From Gemmatimonadota bacterium (GTDB taxonomy: Bacteria; Latescibacterota; UBA2968; UBA8231), in the NCBI GenBank assembly GCA_038153405.1, contig JAYOYH010000012.1:45496-109495 (forward strand): a stretch of DNA of 64,000 nucleotides. Direction: 5' to 3'. Under the pieces are notes generated by a model, which had not been told where the DNA came from, made no database searches, and worked only from the letters and a program-made list of their open reading frames with translations. The position numbers and the translations under genes were made by a program. Each line of letters starts with the position of its first letter. Within the stretch, counting starts at the first letter, position 1. Of the stretch, positions 58,185-64,000 are shown piece by piece.

Positions 58185-59813
58185 CTAGCGCAGCAGCAGC
58201 ACGCGCTGCGACCCGCGCCATCCTTCCATATGTGCTGTGACCAAGTACATACCGCTAGCCGCAGCGCGACCGGACGCGTCGCGCCCATCCCACCGCACGC
58301 TGTGCAAGCCGGCCGGTAGATCGGACTGCAGCAGGCGGCGTATGCGCTGGCCCAGCACGTTGTAAACGCCCAGCTCTACCCGACCGCTGCGCGGCAGCTC
58401 AAACTGCACGATGGTCTCCGCATTAAAGGGGTTGGGATAGCTCCGCATGGAGGCCGTGGTCGCGCGCGGTGCCAGCAGCGCCCCGTAATCGGCAGCCAGT
58501 TCATCATCGGACTGAACCAATTCGATACCGGCCGGAGTCAGGCCGCTGGGGACGCGCGGCGGAATCGGCACCCGAATCGTCTCGTCGGTTAGGGAGTGCA
58601 TAAAAGCCAACAAATCGGCCTTCTCCCCGTCGGTCAGACCAAGCGGCATCAGCTCGGCATCGACGCGCTCGGCGTCAATGCTCTCTTCGTCGCCGCCGCC
58701 GCGGTCGTAAAACTCGATTACCTCCTCTAACGTAGCCAGCGCCCCGTCGTGCATATAGGGCGCCGTCTTGCCTACCTGGCGCAAGCTCACGGTGCGAAAG
58801 GCGAAGAGTTCATCTCTGTTGCCCGAAGTCACAAAACGACCTCGGTCGGTGCCCGATGGGCGCGGCGTGCCTGTATTAGTAGAGGCCAACCCCTGTCCGG
58901 GGCCAATCTGCTCTACGCCCTGCACGCGAAAGCGACCTTCGGAAAACTCCGGACCGCTGTGGCAGTTGGCGCAGCGGCCCTTCTCAAAGAAGACGACCAA
59001 TCCGCGCTTTTGCGCCTCGGTGAGCGCGTCGTCATCACCGGCCACAAAGTGGTCGTACGGCGAATTATCTGTCACGAGCTCGCGCTCGAAGGCGGCGATA
59101 GCGCGCCCCAGCGTCGAGCGCGTAATCACCGACTGCAGCGGCGTCGTATCCCAAGCGCAGGCCAGGCGCGGAATCTGCCGCGCCACCGAATCGGCCTCAG
59201 CCGGAAATGCCCGGTTGAACAATTCGACATAGTCGGGCACTTGGCGCAGGCGCGCCAGCACGCTATCGACGGCCATTTCGCGCGGATAGGAATCGCCGCG
59301 CAGCTCAACGCGCACTATAATGGCGCGCAGCGCCTGCGCTTCCAAGCCGCGATCCTTGCCGTCCCACAGCATAAAGCCCTTGGTCGAGGGCAGGTTGCTC
59401 TCATCCTTGTTGTAGGCCGTGTTGAAAATCGTCATTGTATGGCGCGGCTCGGCGATGATCGTATCACCGGTAACAGACGACACGCCGAGTACTCGATCGG
59501 GTCCCAGGCCCTTGCTACCCGTTCCGGCACCCAACTGGCGCCCATCGGCCATGCCAAAACTCGGCAGATGGCAGGTCCCGCAGCCCGTATCCTTCTCGCC
59601 GCCGAGAATGGGGTCAAAAAACAGCAGACGGCCCAGTTCAACGCGGTCGGGATTGTACTGGTTGTCCACTGGATAGGGTATGGGCGGCAGCGGCGTCAGG
59701 CCGTAGCGCTGACGCAGGTCTTCCTGCGCCTGAGCGCCCAGCGCAGTGCACACCAACAGCAGCAGGGCGACAACCAGCATATTGGTCGCGCGCATGATTA
59801 ATGCACTGGCCAT
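58185..59813 (-). CDS. Di-haem cytochrome c peroxidase/MauG-family protein with C-terminal FlgD-Ig/T9SS-CTD-like domain
   Basis: LGRLLFFDP, CGTCH, WDG, CANCH, TAPYMHDG; C-terminal YPNPFN...YNVLGQ...WDGRD..G..AASGMY; ATG overlaps the upstream TAA (TAATG) behind GGAGG. Confidence 0.9.
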   Translation of the reverse strand: MASALIMRATNMLVVALLLLVCTALGAQAQEDLRQRYGLTPLPPIPYPVDNQYNPDRVELGRLLFFDPILGGEKDTGCGTCHLPSFGMADGRQLGAGTGSKGLGPDRVLGVSSVTGDTIIAEPRHTMTIFNTAYNKDESNLPSTKGFMLWDGKDRGLEAQALRAIIVRVELRGDSYPREMAVDSVLARLRQVPDYVELFNRAFPAEADSVARQIPRLACAWDTTPLQSVITRSTLGRAIAAFERELVTDNSPYDHFVAGDDDALTEAQKRGLVVFFEKGRCANCHSGPEFSEGRFRVQGVEQIGPGQGLASTNTGTPRPSGTDRGRFVTSGNRDELFAFRTVSLRQVGKTAPYMHDGALATLEEVIEFYDRGGGDEESIDAERVDAELMPLGLTDGEKADLLAFMHSLTDETIRVPIPPRVPSGLTPAGIELVQSDDELAADYGALLAPRATTASMRSYPNPFNAETIVQFELPRSGRVELGVYNVLGQRIRRLLQSDLPAGLHSVRWDGRDASGRAAASGMYLVTAHMEGWRGSQRVLLLR

Positions 59814-60721
59814 TACGGATGCTCCTCCATTTCCTCGGCTGAAAGCGGCTGCGGTCGACGTTTGACCGAGCCCCAAGACCACGCCTGAACCGCCGTATTC
59901 GGGGCCACGCTCATTGCACAGCGAAAGCCGATATCCGGCCCCTTCAAATTGGGATCATCGCGGGCGCGATAGGTCGGACGGATATGGCTGGCATCGGTAG
60001 CGTAGGAACCGCCGTGCACCGCTTTGACGTTGCTCAATTCAAAGCCCTGTGGATTGCGATCTGGTCCATACACATAGTAGCTCGAATGATACCAGTCGTT
60101 GGTCCACTCCCACACGTTGCCGACCATGTCGTAGGCGCCAAAGGGGCTGGAATTGTCGCGCGTCTGATATTCGCCGCGCAGGCTGCCATCGTAATAACCG
60201 ACCGGCGTCGTGTTGAGAATCGTGCCCAGGCCTGCCTCGAAGGGGTCACCGCTTTGAAAGTAGTTGCTGCGGAAGGAGTCGAGGCCTTCGCCCCAAGGGT
60301 ATTTGCGCCCGTCGTCGCAGCGCGCGGCCCGCTCCCACTCGGCTTCCGTCGGCAGGCGCTTGCCCGCCCACTCGCAAAATGCCGCCGCCTCGTACCAGTT
60401 GATGAAGGTGATGGGATGGCCTTGCCGACCCTTTGTGTTCTGCAAGACCCATTCGCCGATCTGATAGCCCGTGGCATTTTGGTACTCGCCCCACTGAGCC
60501 ACCGTCACCTCGTACTTGTCAATCAGGTAGGGATCGGTGTAGATCATGCGCACCGGCTGCTCGTCAAATTCTTCGCCCTCGGCCCCGCGCGGAAACGACC
60601 CGGCCGGCACGAGCACCATTTCCGTGGTAAAGCCCGTTGGCAGGCGCACGCTGCGGCCCAACTCCTTGACCTGTGCCCACGCCCCCAGAGACGACAAAAG
60701 AAGGATAGCTAAAATGCCCAT
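59813..60721 (-). CDS. Secreted FGE-sulfatase (SUMF1)-fold protein with C-terminal SWGxxK tail
   Basis: Signal peptide, MVLVPAGSF, DEQP, YEVT, RLPTEAEWERAAR, DMVGNVWEW, GFRC, then NTAVQAWSWGSVK; start moved to ATG 60721. Confidence 0.88.
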   Translation of the reverse strand: MGILAILLLSSLGAWAQVKELGRSVRLPTGFTTEMVLVPAGSFPRGAEGEEFDEQPVRMIYTDPYLIDKYEVTVAQWGEYQNATGYQIGEWVLQNTKGRQGHPITFINWYEAAAFCEWAGKRLPTEAEWERAARCDDGRKYPWGEGLDSFRSNYFQSGDPFEAGLGTILNTTPVGYYDGSLRGEYQTRDNSSPFGAYDMVGNVWEWTNDWYHSSYYVYGPDRNPQGFELSNVKAVHGGSYATDASHIRPTYRARDDPNLKGPDIGFRCAMSVAPNTAVQAWSWGSVKRRPQPLSAEEMEEHP

Positions 60722-60792
60722 TTCACATTCGCACTTTCTAGAATTTCGCCAATTGAGTGTATCGATGGATCGGTGCAGCCCTACTTTTTGCA

Positions 60793-60820
60793 ATTATACG
60801 TAGCAACCCCACTGTGTCAA
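60793..60820 (-). promoter_or_regulatory. Perfect-consensus sigma70 promoter
   Basis: Minus strand TTGACA (60820-60815), 16 nt spacer, TATAAT (60798-60793), 72 nt upstream of ATG 60721. Confidence 0.8.
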
Positions 60821-60995
60821 GTTAGCCATTAGCGGCGGCGATCTGCCATACTTCGCTCAGACGCACCGACGCATCCGATAGGCATTATATCGCCATCCAC
60901 GCTTTTTGCATGTTGTGAAGTGCAGGTAAAATCTGTAGAATTGAGAAATGTTTTGCCAGTTTTTTTGGAGAAAACCATACGGAGCAACCCATCCC

Positions 60996-63341
60996 ATGCA
61001 CTGGACTCGTATAGCTTCGCTCGCACTCTGCAGCAGCCTGATTGGCACCTCGCTCGAAGCGCAGCAGGTGCGCTATGACTCGGCCCGCGATTGGCGCCAG
61101 TGGGAGCTGCCGCTGGGCGCCGTCGACCTGCTGCCAGAAGGCACCATTGCCCCTACTCGGATCCGCAAAAACTCGGATGCGGTTGCCGATTTGGCGCGCT
61201 TTGGTGGCGGCGTTCTCAACGCCGGTTCGAATCTGGCCAGCGCGAGAAGTATCATCGACGGCGATCCCTCCACGGGATGGGCTCCCGACCCCGAGGACGA
61301 TCCGAGCGAATGGTTTATCGAGGTCAATTTAGGCCGCGCCGTATCGGCCAACAGCGTCACGCTCGTCTTCGATGCGGAAGCAGCTCCCTTTGAGCTATTC
61401 GACCTGCTCCTCTCGACGGGCGAACCCGAAACGGATTTTATCGCCGCGCCGATTCCGGGCTCGCTGATCTATCGAGTTAAAGAGCGCTTCAAGGAAAACG
61501 ACCGCCATCGCGTCGTCTTCGAGATTGAAAGTATCGACGAAACGCCCATCCAGTACGTGCGCTTTGAACCGCTCTTGATAACCCCCGGCGCTCGCCTCGT
61601 CGAAGTCGAAGTCGAGACGGTCGGCGACAATATCAGCCTCGGCCTCATCGAACGGGGCGGCACGATCGATATTAATATCAACCTAGCCAATACCGAATCG
61701 CAGCCGCTGGGCAACGCCATTGGGCTCATTGATGGAAATCTCTACGAGCGCTGGCGCGCCGGCACCGCCTCGCGTGGATTGGACGATATTCTCGCCCACA
61801 TGATACTCGATCTAGGCGCCGTGTATTGGATCGATCAGGTGCGCATAATTGGCGGGGTCGTCGTGCGCTCGGGCTTTGGCGGTGGCATCACGACCAACCA
61901 CTATATTTCCCGGCGGCGCTGGGATTTCCGCTTTTACGAATTCATGACCTCCGATGGGTCCATTGCCCCCGACGGCTCGCGCATATACACCAAGCACTTT
62001 TCTGGCGCCTCGCCTTCTAGCGAAACCTCTAGGGGCTTGGTCGACCACCACTTTGAACTGCTGCCGACGCGCTACGTGCGCATTTTCTGGAAGTTTTGGG
62101 ACACCAGCTGCTTTTCGCTCTTTGCCCCCGGCGAAAACACGGCGGCCGGCACCATTCCCGGCTGCGCGGCCGGCGGCACGACCGACGAGATCCAGATCTT
62201 CGGCCAGGGCTATCCCCAGCAGGTCGGCCTTACCTCGCCGCTCATCGACCTGGGCTCTGGGCGCAACCTGAATTCGGTCGAGTGGGATGGCGAGATACCG
62301 CCGGGCACCCGCGCCGAGATCCGCACGCGCACGGGCAACGAGGTCGACGAGAAGTATACGTTCTACGACAAAAACGGCAAAGAGGTGACGGAGTCGCGCT
62401 ACAACAAGCTGATTCCCTCGTTTCGCGGCGCCATCGACACGAGCATCACCCCGGGCAGCGATTGGAGCCCGTGGAGCAATCTCTACGGCGCGTCGGGCTC
62501 CCCGTTCCAATCGCCATCGCCGCGCCGCTATATGGAGATCGACGTGCGGCTGGTATCCAACTCGCCCGACGTGGCGGCAACGCTCGACTATTTGGCGGTC
62601 AACTACACCCAGCCGCTGGCCCAGCGCGCCATTGGCGAAATCACGCCGCAGCAGGCCCGACCGGGGGAAGAAACGCAGTTCACCTACTATCTGCGCCCCG
62701 AAAACACAATTGGCTTTGATCGCATCGCCGTCGAGTCTACGTCTCCTGCGCGCTTTGTCGATATCGCCTTAAACGGCACGCCAATCGACGCGCAGGCCGA
62801 CACGACGACTTCGGGGTTTATCGTCAATCTGCCCAATCTGATCAGCCGCGACCAGTTACTGGAGTTGCGCTTTACCTCGTCCGTGTTTCTGCAGTCGACG
62901 CGCTTTGACGTGTTTCTGCAGGACAGCCGCCAGGACGACAGCGTGCGGCAGCGCGTCGATCCGGGCGATGCCAGCGAACTCATAGAGAGCAGCACCAACG
63001 TCGTCAGCCTGCCCGTTAGTCGCTCCCTACTGGCCAATGTGGTGACCAGCGCGCGGACCATCACGCCCAACGGCGATGCCATCAACGACGCACTGCAGAT
63101 CGATATTGATTTGGTCAACGTCCTCGAAGAGCGACCGCTGCGCCTGCGCGTTTACGACTTGGCAGGACGCACGCGCTACGAGAGCACGCTGGAGGGACTG
63201 GCCGGTCAGCAAACCCTGCGCTGGGACGGCACCGATCAGTCCGGTCGGCGCGTGCCGCCCGGACTGTATCTGCTCGAGGTCAACGTGCGCGGCGATTCGG
63301 GCGATGAGAGCGTCCAGCAGATTATCTCCGTGGCGTACTAA
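60996..63341 (+). CDS. Large secreted protein with discoidin/galactose-binding-like segments and C-terminal CHU_C/FlgD-Ig-like domain
   Basis: Signal peptide ending LEA-Q; IIDGDPSTGW..IEVNLGR and LIDG...ILDLGAVYWIDQVRI; C-terminal ITPNGDAIND...VYDLAGR...WDGTD.SG..VPPGLY. Confidence 0.75.
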   Translation: MHWTRIASLALCSSLIGTSLEAQQVRYDSARDWRQWELPLGAVDLLPEGTIAPTRIRKNSDAVADLARFGGGVLNAGSNLASARSIIDGDPSTGWAPDPEDDPSEWFIEVNLGRAVSANSVTLVFDAEAAPFELFDLLLSTGEPETDFIAAPIPGSLIYRVKERFKENDRHRVVFEIESIDETPIQYVRFEPLLITPGARLVEVEVETVGDNISLGLIERGGTIDININLANTESQPLGNAIGLIDGNLYERWRAGTASRGLDDILAHMILDLGAVYWIDQVRIIGGVVVRSGFGGGITTNHYISRRRWDFRFYEFMTSDGSIAPDGSRIYTKHFSGASPSSETSRGLVDHHFELLPTRYVRIFWKFWDTSCFSLFAPGENTAAGTIPGCAAGGTTDEIQIFGQGYPQQVGLTSPLIDLGSGRNLNSVEWDGEIPPGTRAEIRTRTGNEVDEKYTFYDKNGKEVTESRYNKLIPSFRGAIDTSITPGSDWSPWSNLYGASGSPFQSPSPRRYMEIDVRLVSNSPDVAATLDYLAVNYTQPLAQRAIGEITPQQARPGEETQFTYYLRPENTIGFDRIAVESTSPARFVDIALNGTPIDAQADTTTSGFIVNLPNLISRDQLLELRFTSSVFLQSTRFDVFLQDSRQDDSVRQRVDPGDASELIESSTNVVSLPVSRSLLANVVTSARTITPNGDAINDALQIDIDLVNVLEERPLRLRVYDLAGRTRYESTLEGLAGQQTLRWDGTDQSGRRVPPGLYLLEVNVRGDSGDESVQQIISVAY

Positions 63342-63387
63342 ATGAACGCACAAACGAAGCATTTTTTATCCCTAAGTAACTAATCTT

Positions 63388-63458
63388 GCAGTAATTTACT
63401 GCCCGATCTAACCCCGGTAAAAAAAAAGCTTGACAGTTGCCGATAAAGGGATTAGAAA
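63388..63458 (+). promoter_or_regulatory. AT-rich promoter region with operator-like palindrome
   Basis: GCAGTAA-T-TTACTGC (63388-63402); A-tract, then TTGACA (63430-63435), 17 nt spacer, TAGAAA (63453-63458). Confidence 0.55.
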
Positions 63459-63618
63459 TATATACCAACTTTTGGCGTAAAATGTGATTCAGAAAAGGTG
63501 TTCTCGTATTCGCAACCCCTTTTTTGAACAACATCTTACGTCGAGACAGTACCTGCCGCTATCGCAGCGACAGGCATCATACATTCCCTTTTCTCAATGC
63601 TCTTGAGGAGGAATTCAA

Positions 63619-64000
63619 ATGCGCAAAGTCCTAGCGTTGTCTCTAGGCGTACTTCTCGCTGGCAGTGCCATGGCACAAGAGCCGGCTGAAGTGCCTCTTT
63701 TCTTTGCTGTCGGCATCCCCGGCGGTAGCCTGCCCACGATAGACGGCGATAACTCCGACTGGGCTTGGGTAGATCGCAGTTTCGAGGTGACCATCGACGA
63801 CATGAACCCGCTGACGGGTGGTGCCGACGATGCCGATGACCTGTTCATCGACCTCATCATCGGTTGGAGCAACGCCGACAACCGCGTTCGCGCCATGATT
63901 CACGTACACGACAACGACTTGATCGTCGACAAGAACCCGACCTGCACCTTCCGCGATGACAACTGCGAAGTGCACTTCGACCCCGATAACGGCGGTGGTG
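63619..64000 (+). CDS. Secreted CBM9/DOMON-like protein (3' end outside the window; absent from the ORF track)
   Basis: GAGGAGG RBS; MRKVLALSLGVLLAGSAMA signal peptide; PTIDGDNSDW, GW...RV...HVHDND, DNCEVHFDPDN motifs; open to the window end. Confidence 0.75.
   Translation, partial: MRKVLALSLGVLLAGSAMAQEPAEVPLFFAVGIPGGSLPTIDGDNSDWAWVDRSFEVTIDDMNPLTGGADDADDLFIDLIIGWSNADNRVRAMIHVHDNDLIVDKNPTCTFRDDNCEVHFDPDNGGG

Noticed and set aside
58749..59801. 350-aa plus-strand ORF
   Set aside because: Antisense to the di-haem protein; no recognisable motifs
37746..60721. Diversity-generating retroelement targeting the FGE/C-type-lectin-fold proteins
   Set aside because: No reverse transcriptase ORF in the window, and I saw no template repeat differing at adenines from either 3' end; a remote DGR cannot be excluded
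1..64000. tRNA, rRNA, prophage, IS or anti-phage defence genes
   Set aside because: No diagnostic sequences or protein motifs recognised; intergenic gaps are short and mostly explained by promoters and terminators

Overview
GC-rich (roughly 60-65%) bacterial chromosomal window of about 46 protein-coding genes. I found no rRNA, tRNA, CRISPR array, integrase or transposase. C-terminal FlgD-Ig/T9SS-CTD-like tails, a 'TAV..SWGxxK' tail, four ASPIC/UnbV proteins and a sulfatase point to an FCB-associated uncultured lineage such as Ca. Latescibacterota (inference, not a database result). The window has three zones. (1) 1-23 kb is catabolic/scavenging: SDR, VOC, Nudix, acs, glycogen debranching enzyme, PhyH dioxygenase, MFS, metallophosphoesterase, Eis-like GNAT, MlrC/M81 peptidase, esterase, two D-aminoacylases, AIM24, a deleted and frameshifted enolase-superfamily pseudogene, an SGNH hydrolase and an AftB-like GT-C enzyme. 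(2) 23-36 kb has a sulfatase plus a minus-strand run: Opp/Dpp-type ABC permeases and ATPases, a binding protein, a Cys-to-Asp (fosfomycin-insensitive type) MurA, a second binding protein, an MR/MLE enzyme and a TMTC-like GT-C. A third close binding-protein paralog lies at 14.6-16.3 kb. (3) 36-64 kb is a cell-envelope island and the best candidate for an undescribed system. It holds four CRTAC1/ASPIC-UnbV integrin-like beta-propeller proteins (two fused to TPRs), three stand-alone TPR proteins, two lipoprotein PpiC foldases, a membrane-fused spermidine-synthase-like methyltransferase and a His-rich membrane protein. It also holds two FGE-fold proteins lacking the catalytic Cys pair, a MauG/MbnH-like di-haem enzyme translationally coupled to one of them under a perfect-consensus sigma70 promoter, and secreted proteins with three different candidate C-terminal sorting tails. 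Several start codons were moved from the ORF track on RBS or signal-peptide evidence.
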